From Phoronis australis (lineage: Eukaryota > Animalia > Phoronida): a stretch of DNA of 64,000 nt. Location: the NCBI GenBank assembly GCA_002633005.1, contig NMRA01000008.1:1131974-1195973 (forward strand), in the 5' to 3' direction. The position numbers and the translations under genes were made by a program. Below are positions 25,501-37,500 of the stretch, piece after piece. A model generated the notes under the pieces. It was not told the origin of the DNA. It saw only the letters and a program-made list of their open reading frames with translations, and searched no databases. How positions within the stretch are numbered: the stretch's first letter is position 1; the number at the start of each line of letters is the position of its first letter.

Positions 25501-28500
25501 CTCAACATTCAGAATAAAAAAGTTCAATACTCTCCTCTGAATAAAATAAAGTTGGACTTTGGCTTGAAGTTCGGTGTCCCAATTTCAGAAAGTGTCCCGA
25601 ACTGGAAGATTTTTACCGCAGTACATGTGCTGCTGAGGAAACCTCTTTTCAAAAGAGGTCAGGACTTTTTGATTTAGTATTCTACGGTCATTAAATATAG
25701 TTCTAAACAAATCCAAAAATTGATTCTCATCCATAGTGCTATTGCTTGGCTGCTTTTCCGTCACTCAGACAACTGATACGTGAGTGCACAATACACACAG
25801 CAAGACATGACGCAGAGGCAAATACATGCCCACAGGTACATCAATAACTGAGTCTTGCTGAAAACAGGGCGCTCCTTCACGGGATGGAAATGATGCCTGT
25901 GCCTAACTGAGAGGTTTTTTCAGGTGCGGGAAAACATTCTCCACCTCAACCCATCCCTCATTGATTCTGCCTCAACCACCTGTGTGAGTTACAAGTGATT
26001 CTAGCCTGGAGTGGAATTTTCTAATCACTTGAGGGGAATTTCAGGGTCTGATGGGTGATTTTTAAACATTTTTAAGAAGGGATTGGAGTTGATATTTGGC
26101 CACAAAATTGAGGCATTGAGGCCTCTGCAAACATGATTGTCTCAGACAAATAACAAATCTGTAATAGAAAATGCGATTTGGTCGTCATAAACATTTTTAG
26201 CATACGTTTTTGGGTTTGTAGTTAGAATTTTTTTCATTCGTCAATATGACACATACTCGACTGGTCTTATATGACGGAATCACAGAATCAGCCTATGGTG
26301 CCTTTGTAGCACATGACATCTGTTACAGATAGCTTTAGCTGGGCTCCTTTTCACACAAGCATTGTTCAACCACAATTTTTTCCAAAAAGTTACTATGGAA
26401 AATATAACAAAACTTGAAGCTCAGATAGTGCGAAGGAGCACTGTGCCATTCCGCAATCAATGGATATCTACGTAACTAAATAAATTGCAAACTTATGTTC
26501 TGTGACCAAATAAACACACACCAGACACATAGTGCACGATACGAGATTTTGGGTACAAGTTACCAATGGACTACCAAAACTAACCAACAGCTAGTTAGCT
26601 CAGATTACCTGGGGCAGGGGTAGTCTCTCTTGAACTTAAAGCATCCTCAATGATCTTGTTGACGTAATTAAGACAAACAACATCAGCCAGTTTCTGTTGC
26701 AATTGTGGAAGAATGTCAAGGAGACACGTAAGATTGTTTATCCTAGTGCACATCTGAAACAAAACAAAGTGACAGTTAATTGTCTTTTGTTCTTCTTCAA
26801 ATCGGATGCAAATTCATTGAATTTCAGAATATACTGAATCATTCACAAAGCTGAAAAATGAAGGTAAAATCTGACCAACTTACGACATCATACAGCGAAC
26901 AAAAACATATTTCATTTCACCATTCTTCCCTAAATGACAAATGGCACCGGAGTAATGAGGCTTTGATATTTTCGACTTCTCTGACAGAGTGACCATCAGT
27001 CAATGCTCTTAAAAATTGCGAGCATTCAAAACAAAGTTGAAACCCTTTGAAAAATGACAAAAACAATTATGGTAATAATTTTAGTCTGAAATTAGTGAGA
27101 TTTTACTTTAACTGTAAGTAAATATATGATAACGTACAGACCCACACCACTAAGATGCAAAATTTGTCAGACACATTCAACTTGTTTTTTCTTGTAATTT
27201 GGCCAACATACGCTAACTTGACTTGTGTCTAAGAACCAACATGAGACTCGTTCCTAACATGAGCTAAAAGGTTTGTACGAGCCCAAAGGCAAAAAATATA
27301 TTATAGATACAGTCAAATTCAAAAATATGTACAGTGGAGCCCACATCATACCGGATGTTAGAAAATCCTCGTTATTGTCATGGAATGTCAAAATATGAAA
27401 CATTTCCCATTAAACTAATGTCCTGACTTACAATCATATTCCCAGATATTGTCAATAAAAATCAGCAAAATTGATTCTCACCTGCTTAATAGCATGTGCT
27501 CCTTCGCGTTTCTGTCATGGACTAAAAATTAACCCAACTCATCCTTAATTCATTTGCCTTATCAATCTCGGCAATAGGGATAAAAATCACTTGTTTCCTT
27601 TTTACTCTGAGACTCTCCACTTAGCATGACTACAAATAACTACCCAGTTAAAATTCACCTAATGGAAGATCCCACTCATTATCATAATTTACGTCAAAAC
27701 TGCCGGTATGTCATTAAGTGGTCTCCATCATACCAATACGCCACCAATATGCACTAACGTAGCAAACTCAACTTTGGGTGCTTTAATTGATGAGATTTTC
27801 AATAATCTGCATATGTTATTATGTCAGGATATTTCATGTATGCCTTCAATTACCCGACCAGCACTCAATTACTCCTTCCCAAAAAGAAATTACTGTATTC
27901 ACTACTTCTGGATATCACCAGCTTCTATTCATCAGTTTTAAAACTTGATTGACATAAAGTCAATTAAGAGTTCTGAATTTCTCCTTATCCATTCACACTT
28001 GCCAAGCCTCCCAGTTTAGGCAGGAGTAGAGGGTATCATCTTATTATCACTTCATACCAACTCGCAGACAAATATTAATACATCACACAACGGTCCTGCA
28101 CATGCACTTGCTGAGTGAAGTCAACACACGGCGCTGTAGTGGAAGTTAAAGGGCTCCCTAATAAGGGTGTTTGAGGTATGCACTACCAACATGGGGGAAA
28201 TTTTGGTCTTGTAGTATCATTGGTCAGGATTTTGTATGTCTGATGCATTTCTCTACCCACTTTAAAGACAGCCATTGACTGTATAATGCAAAAGCTCTCA
28301 ATAATACCGTAATCTCATTCAGTAACCGTTTTTCATTTACTTCAGCCTGACAAAATATTTAAATTTCATAAACTTATTACTCATGCTAGGAAAATTCAGA
28401 AATCAAAATGATTCAGTTAGCTTAACAGCTAGTTTGATTCAAAATGTTACTTTGTTGAGAATGTGTTGTAGTTTCATATTCTCAAGCTGTAACAGCAATT

Positions 28501-31500
28501 ATGCCATCACGTCACCAATATAAACAAATAAATTACAGGGTTCTGACAAGAAGGTCCAAGCAAATAGTACCTATGTACATTTCATACTTACCCTCCAACT
28601 AAGGGGTGATTTCCTTCCAACTTAAAAAGGAATTAAGGGGCTACCCGTTGTAAAATGAAGCCACAAAATTTAGGAATGGTTATACGACCATATCAAAACT
28701 GATATTTAAACACTTTTTGACTAGCCAATGTAATGTTATGTACTTGGGGATGATAATTTTTTGTACCAGCATACAGAAAGGATTGAGACATATTTTGTGT
28801 ACCTGAGTAAAGCTTTGTTTTCATTTTTTATGGCAAAAAGATGCATGTGTCATAACTGTGATATTAAAGGTGATTTTAAATGAAAACACTACGAAACAAA
28901 TGCTAATATAGGCCATAATCCAATAACCCGATCACTGGTTCTCCCACTTGAATTATGAAATCAATCCTGTGAAGTGTATTTTGTACGATTAATTGAAATG
29001 AAATTGATGTACTAATGGAATGTGAATTTCTAAATTTGTATAACCCTCTTACAGCACAATTCAAGATGATCGGTTTCAAACCGCCAGTTACACAACACAA
29101 TTCAGAAATGGTAAAAAGGCAGAAGTTGTAAATAGCAAGGTGAGGTGCCCATGCTAAGGGTTGCAAATAGCAGGAGAAGCACCTGATGTTGAAAAAGAGA
29201 AAATGGTGCAAGTTTTTGCATATTTAGAGGCAGCTGTCGCTCCTCATGGCACTTGATGTTGCTGCAGAAATGGCAGCACCGTTATAACATAGAACTAAAT
29301 GGTAAAGAAAGTCTCTTGGCAATTCGTAGACATGAGAGAAAACGATCACCTGTACGTACGCTATTACATGAGCGCAAGTAACAGAATCACTTCTGCGTTG
29401 CCACAGCTATGTGTTTAGCCATATAATTGATACAAAATGAGATTGGGCACAAGTTGCACCACCTGGTAACAAAATTGACACCAGAGTGACATCTTGTTAC
29501 ATGTCAACTTCTGTTCACGCACATTTATGTAGTTACCATTTCCTTTTCAAATTGTGTTGTTCGAATGTAACTTTGTCATTCTTATTACTACTACTAATAC
29601 ATTCAGTGTCCCCACTGGTCACAAACTCTCAGTTCCAGTCAACAAACAAAAGACAAAAAGAACTTCTAAATGTTTATTGGCAAAGAGCATACTACAAGCA
29701 ACATCAATACAACACAAAAATCTTATAGAAAAATTTCAACTACGAAGACTTAACTACCAAATTATAAGATACTCAAAGCCATATAATGCACAACTGAAGC
29801 AAAACAACACAAGTATTTTGATCAACTTCCTAGGGAGGTGGTATTAAATAAATTAGTAGACAATTTTATTGACTACAAGTTTTTAATTAGTCTTAAACAA
29901 AACATTTCAATGTCTACATACATTACAATGCATTTTGTCTTAATTTATAGAAATTCATGCAGATATTAATGAATTACATAATTTTATACACTTCTAATAA
30001 ACCAGTATTTAGTTTTCATATAAGCAGGTATGAAGTGAAACAAAGGTCCACTTGTTCTTCCATCAACTAAATCAATCACATAACTGATGTTCTATTAACC
30101 CTATACTGATCATTCTATGATTACAAAACTATCAATTTCTTGCTAACCAGTATGTAAAATAAATGACTGATAAACAAATAAATACTTGAATGAAAAAAAA
30201 ACTTAATTGTTATATAAATTGAAACAAATAACAGAAGTACTAAATGCAACTAAAACGTTGCTACTTCACCAACCATGACTGATTAGAAGTAAAACAACCA
30301 GTAAATCAGCTCTGCAGCAAAAATGCATGCCAAAGACAATAAACCAGTGCTTCAATTCAACAGACATGATTTTACATTAGGACAAATAACTTTTGTCGGT
30401 TCTGGGGAATAAATGACATGCTAATCTATAATACGACGAGCAGGTAAAATTTTCTTACTGCGAACTATTTTGTTATGGACGATTCGAGCGTTTCCACGCT
30501 CACCTAAGGGTCTTCTACAACGAATGGATTACCAAAAATGTTTGTAGTAAGTGAATTTTACCACCTCAACATCATCACAAATTATCAAGAACCTACTTCA
30601 TTGAATCTATACAATGTCAGGTACATTTGCATTGCGTACAAGTCGCTTGACATTACACAACAGCACGTAAAAGCGTCTGATGTCACTTCCCCTTATGGCG
30701 TTGAGAGGGGTTATATATACATTTTCGTTGATCCAATGTCCTGAAAAATTGAAATATGATGTCAGATGCATCTGAAAACATATTCCTGTAAATCAATTTA
30801 ATATGTGATGCTTCAGTTCTCTGAGAAGACAATCTAAGCAGACTCTTGTTTGAAAATAATAATTTTAAACATCATTTTCTTGTTTTTTGGGCAGAAATCA
30901 ACCATAGTCATATTAATGACACAGCATGAAGCATGACAAACACTTACAGAAAAAAAATGGTTAACTTAGGACAAAGCATGACGGAAAATTTGAATTTCAG
31001 TCAGTTCAAATTTAAACAAATATTAACACAAAAGAATATTTTGCGTTGGAGTAATTTATGGGCTTGAAGAGAGCTGACACTTTGCTTGTGCTTTACTTGA
31101 GGATAAATAACTTGGTTATGGCCCAGCTGTTCATTTAGCCAAGAATGGCACCAATAAACTAATTACTGGTGGGCAGCTTCAAAAACCATGCGAGCACAAA
31201 CCAGAACCAAATAAGTTACATTATGTCCTTATCAAAGACGGTTGGTTATGTTGATTATTGAAAGAGATTACTTACTACTTGAAGACTTCAAGTCACACAA
31301 AACTGAGTAAATTTCAGCCAACAGTTCATCCATCTTTTGCGTCTGCTCTTCTGATACACAGACTGATGACAGCCTGTTAGTCTCAACTAAATGGGTGAAC
31401 GTGGCCAGGCAGTTGTAAAGGCGAACAACCTGAAATGGTCAGGACCATTAAGATTATTAAGTAGAGTACAGTACAAGTTTCAATCTCTCAGTAAACTCTG

Positions 31501-34500
31501 AAACCAGTTTTAAATTACATTGATAAAACAAGCACACTTTTAGTTATTACATATTTCATTCGTACCAAGACAACAACAGCATATAATTTACCATTCTTTC
31601 AAAAAATGTGTTCTTACCATTATTGCTGCAAGTTAATATATTCAGTGTTTTCTTTGTGATGTTAACGGTGAAATTTCAGTTGTGTTGAATGTCGCCACAA
31701 TTTAACAGCTAAACAAGCGTATGCATGTACCAACTAACCGTTGTTTTTCCAAGTCAAGCTAGGTTGGTCCCAAAAGGATTGGAAAATGTATGGAAAATGT
31801 GGAGACACAGGCATCTGTTTCAGGAAAAGTGACTTAAGACTCAAGTCAGAAATTTGGTCTTGCGCTCTATCTACATAAGTAATTCTAGCAATCGATTTGG
31901 CAACCTCAGACTGTTTGGCTGCCTAGGAAAATCTCAACTCGCCACGTATCAAAGTCAGACAATAATTCCCCCTATAGTCAATTCAAAGTTTGTGTTGACT
32001 TCCAAACAGTAAAATATTAAGAGTTTTCCTAGATTTATTACCTTTGGTTCACAATCATTCCGATTATTTTGTGAAATCAGTGCATTTTCCACCACGAACA
32101 CGTACTTAAATTACAACAGGAAGTAAACAAGACAGAGGTCGGAAATGTTTGGAGTGTGAGCGTAAGACTTGATTTCTGTCTGAAGTCTTAAGACAGTTTC
32201 ATGAAACTCCAGCATAAGCAGAAAATGTACGAATGCACAATTTAAACACACCCCCACGAGGATTTTTGAAAGAGCCCTCACCAGGACCTCTGGATCATTT
32301 TGCATATCTGATGGAAATGGTCAATAATTCCTCAATTTTCTATCCTTTAAAAGGAATGTAAAATATAATACAAGTTGATCAGTTGTCAACATAACCCTTT
32401 GTCAGACTTCTCTTATAGAAGACAAGCTGCTGATAAAACTAAAACCTTCGTTTTTAAACAAACTTTAAAAGCACATTGCTGAATAAGGGCACTGAGGGTG
32501 GCAATGTAAGTTTCAAAGAGAGCCCAACCAGTTTTTGGACATGGTAACTTTAGTAACTAGAGTGTATCGGCAAAAGCTTCAACAATTTAGTTTCCAACAT
32601 ATACCTTGTTATTGTTCAATTTGTATCATCAAAGTAAAACTGCACTATTGTAACAAATCTGAAATCTTGAAGGAACACAGAAATTTGTACCCAAAAACCT
32701 CAAACAGTGGTTATGCATGTTGTGGTATTCACCACAAATACTCAGTAAAACACTGGGTTCTCAACACTGTGTGAATGTGTCAGGAATAATTCACTTGAGG
32801 GCACATAATTCTTAAGCAAATAATACATTGGTTTGAGTTCCTAGACATGTTATTAATTTGAATTCTGCACATTACATTAACATTATTTAGAACTATCAAT
32901 AAGCAGTGACCATGACCAAGATCCACCCTGAAGCTAACTAAGCCTTAGCTTCAGGTCCTCAGTTCCAGAGGGACAACTTGTGCTGGATTTTGAGAGCGTT
33001 TGCTGCTTCGAAACAAGGCATTGGAATTGGCTATAAGTGGTATTAAGCAACTAGAGTGGCAACCACAAGGGGCGTGTGGATTGGGTGAAAACTGGGGGTG
33101 GGAGTGGTCAGATGACAAGTTCAGAGCCTACTTTAGGTAGGGCCTTCAATGTCTCATTTTTTTTGCTAAATATTGGCCCCATTACCCCCTAGAAATATTT
33201 CAAAATCGTGTAATTCCATGAATCAGGTGCCTTAAATAAAATTTTTCGGAAGTTAACTTAAAGAATGATTTAAATCACAGACTCGGGTTTTATCAACTGC
33301 AAAAAGCCTTACTTCACAGTCATGCCTTTCCAGTGTTTAAAACCTCGCCATGGAGAACAGAAGCAGAATTAGTTGATCACAACTGCAGGGTGATCATATA
33401 GTATTGAGGAAAGAGAGTCATTCATGAGATTCCTGGTACCATAACCTGACATTCTAACTACTGAGGGTAGTACACTTAATTCTAAGAAAAATCATATGGC
33501 CAGATTGGCTGTCTGCTCTGAGCACTGTGTAAGGGGACACTACCGTAACAAATGGAATGAAAAGACTTTCCCTTATCCTGAAGAAATTCTCCTCAGTGAG
33601 GATGTGCCCTGTTAGGCTACTGTTCCAGATACTGCTGACAAAAATGTGTTTATATATGAAACCTTAAATATGAAAAATTCAGTAGAGTCCTTTGGTTATA
33701 GCCTAATATCACATTTAGTGTCTGGTGTCAAAATGTGCTTGTGTTCATTTGTGTGTGCGGGTGTGTCAAATTGTCATACTCTCCTTCATTTGTATATGAT
33801 ATTAATATCAATAAACAATTGAAAAGGTAAGGCACATTCCAAATACAATGATACAAATTGACCATGTATTCCCCATCGTGGTGACTAAGTATAAACAACA
33901 GTTACCATCAAAATAGCTAGAATGACGCATGATTTATGGGGAAACTGTGTTTTGTGTGCTTATTATTGGCGTTTACTGAAGTTAGGGGCTGTCATGGCTG
34001 ATGAAGTTTCTGGTCCCAAAAATATAGACAGATATGGCAGCAGTGAAAACAAATATACTACACAAACCTTCTGCTCAGATGTGGCATTGCCATTTATAGT
34101 TTGAAGACATCTGCCAATAAAGCTGTGGATGTCATAGCCATGTCCGTCAGCAAATCGGCAGCTTAAGTCTGGAACCCCATAGCAGTCAGCCTGAAAACAT
34201 ATAAAGCATGCGTGAGTGCGAAGCTCTTTCACCAGTACGGACCATTAATTGTGTTTACCCAAGCACTTCTCAAGTTTTGCTCAAGGTTTTAACATGTGGA
34301 CTGTTAAAAGCACATGAAAAAAATCAGTTGCAATGAAATTAGTTACGGTTTAATTATTATTGTATTATGATTATTACTATTTCATTCATTTATTAAGTTT
34401 CAATATTGCAATACAAATACAGTTATTCAAAAGGCGAATCAATTTATTATGAGTGCGTATGAATATGCAGTTATAATTCAGTGTCTTAATGTAGCGACAC

Positions 34501-37500
34501 TAACACTTCGGTTGCACCATCTGTCGGTAACATCATATGACCTGTAACAATTTCAAATCCGCAGATTTCTGTCGCGGCTGGACTTGAAGCGGGGACTTCC
34601 TGCAATCTTTGAAAACGATCTGATCCACCGAGTAATCGGGACCACAGAGATTCTGCGCCAGACTTTCACTCAATGCAGACACAGATCTAAGAGCTAAGCC
34701 CATTACCATGAGCGAAAGTTACGTTACTGGCAATAACAACTAACTGTTCATGCCTTGACGGGAGCTATATGCTCAGTTAACGTTCATTCAAGGCACCCAG
34801 CTGAGCTAGTAACTTAATGGAGAGTAATTTGCAAATGCTTGAAAATAAGCTCTTATAATTTAGGGTTATGCACTGGTGCTGTGGAATGACTATCCCCACT
34901 GACTGATGGGCCAGTTGGGATACAGCCATGTGGTTATCAGTTTGAAGGGGGGCAAACCTAGGACCTCGCTAAAAAGCAAGACTTCGCGAGATTACATGAG
35001 ATATTGCCGTGTATTTTAAATAAGAACACGTGACTTTGACAAGTCCTAGCGTAGGTCCTAGTGTCTACTGAACGCACGCCCGCTCTCTTATTGTCTGCTT
35101 TCATCTGACAAGCTCATGTAATTCAGCAATTATGTTGTAAACAGTGCTGCTGACCCTAACTAATACTTAAAAATACTATTTGCAAACGACTTTAAACAAA
35201 TGTCATGAAGCAGATGTGTTATGTATGAAATACTTTCATCAAAAAAGTTCGAATGGAGAAAAATGGTTGACTTTCAGAGCAATTAGACTTAACTTTCACC
35301 TGTTGATTCCTTTAGGTGACTGTACCAACACAAAAGGCTTGCTTGACAAGTTTAATGGAGCGTGATTCTAGATTAGATTGTAATAGTAGGAATTTCTTCA
35401 CTTTTACACTCCAGGAGAATGGTATGTAATGGCATAGCAATGCAGAAAGAATAAAGTTATTGAGTCTTCCTTCAGGCCATTTGTTGGTTTTGAACTAATT
35501 TGAGAAATTTCACCAACATCACAAGTGTTCTATTCAGATGCCTACACAGTACAGCAACTTTTGGCCTTCTGTTCTTTGCTGTGTTTTCAAGGTAACGCAA
35601 TATGGCGCAAAAATACCACTGATGAGCGTACCATTTGACAAGGTTATGTTTAAGCGATTACGGTAAATTCTGTTTTCTTATGTGAAAAGTTGCAAGAGTA
35701 TTGCAGGAACTATATAGGCAGTTCAATACACTCAAAACAACAAAAGGTCATTCATGGAAGGATTTAAACACAACTTGTGTTACAAATCGCTACTATGTAA
35801 GATATAGCTAACAAATCTATACAGAAAATTGAAATAAGTTAACACTAAAATTTGTGTTCAACTTTCAGAGAACACAGGAGACAGTTGTAGTGAATGAAAA
35901 TAGGTTAGACACACTATACAATAAATACAGAGCTCAGTAGCGAGACATTCACTAATTTCCGCTTATCTGTTATTAACAAGCCAAAGTGTAAAAACACACG
36001 AAACAGGTAATCAAAGTGCACACAATAAAACGCTTTCTACTTACACTCCTGCGCTATAAAACGAGAAATAACACATTAATGAAAAAAGAATGCGATACGA
36101 TTGCCATTTCAAGTCTGCTTCTAGAATTTGGACAAGCTCTGACCTTGAGCAAAATAATTAATTTTCACTGTCCCAATTTGGAGAAGTTTTTCCATACTTA
36201 ATTGTGTAACCGGTAATTACTAGATTTGTGTCTAGATCATATTTTAGTATATTTTTCTTATATGGACAGCTGCATTTTTATATGGCATCCTGCAACAAAA
36301 CATATTCATTCATTCATACTTTTTAAGGTTAAACCTTTTGTCTTCGAATAGTAGCAAGATACTGGTGGAAACTGAAAAGCCGTTTTTCCCCATGAAAGCA
36401 CTTCATGATTTCAGACAGCATTAAAAGCGAATATATCCTAAAAAGAATTCCTTAATAAAATACTTACACAAGTTTAAGACAAAACAGTAATCCTGATTAT
36501 CTTATTGACGAAATAGAACTGGAAAACTAATTCTTAAATGTCAAAATTCATGATTTTGGATGGATCAGTGGCTTGTTTTCTACAATCCATAAATTTTCAC
36601 AAACAATTAACAATTTTTTTCTCTACGGAAGCTTGACAAAACTTTCAAACAAAAAGCACCCAACAATACTATATTTAGAAATAATTTTCTTGCTTGCCAT
36701 TTCACTAAGAGTCCCTCCCACAGGGTTATGCCCACCTGGCTAGGCCTGTCTGACCACAGATTTATTGGTCTTGACACATCAGCTTTGAACTGTGGTAAGC
36801 TTGCCCTAACATTGGTGGATGTGGGTTGATTACAACAATAAAAAACACCATTGTTTTGATTTATCTCCCTTACTCTTTCTGTTGTTAAAATATGAGTAAA
36901 AACAATCACAATAAAATTTTTTCTGCAGGTACAAATCACAGAGTGTTTATCAGTGCTTATGCGCACAGTTCTGAGCGTTCAGTACTGGGTATTCTCCACT
37001 TACTTAGCACAAAAATAATTGCCAAAATGGTCTTTTCCATTTTTTAAAGGCCCATTACTTTTTTGCAAATAATGGGAGATTTAGACTACAATCCATGCTT
37101 TTAATAGACTTGAACATTCTTCGTCTTTACTTTTGTGAAGAAATTCAATAAAACAGAATTTTACTAGTCGGTATGGTAAACAGTGAAGAACAACTGCAGC
37201 CTCCCAACCAAAGATACCCTTACTTGAAGAGGGATGAATTCAGAGCCTCGAAGAAATACAAATTCCTTCACGTTGTTCCGCAACAGCTCAGGATATAATC
37301 AAATGATTGTTAATAAAACCAAAGGTGAACTTTACTTACAACATCCTGTTTTAGTTGATTTACGTGGTGCTTAATTTCTGCTAACTTATTAGCTACTTTC
37401 TCGGACACATCTTCACTAGCGTCTCCAAACAGTCCTTCTGGGACCTGCCAACCGCGGCCGCATGGGTTGTGAAAAATGTCGTTAGAACGACGTGCTATAG

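Noticed and set aside
29220-29465. Candidate terminal exon for the nested gene
   Set aside because: The required phase-1 frame hits an early stop; 30607-30740 fits the phase and supplies helix D.
34560-34643. tRNA gene
   Set aside because: Only degenerate A and B boxes with no acceptor stem or anticodon arm; better explained as a SINE head.
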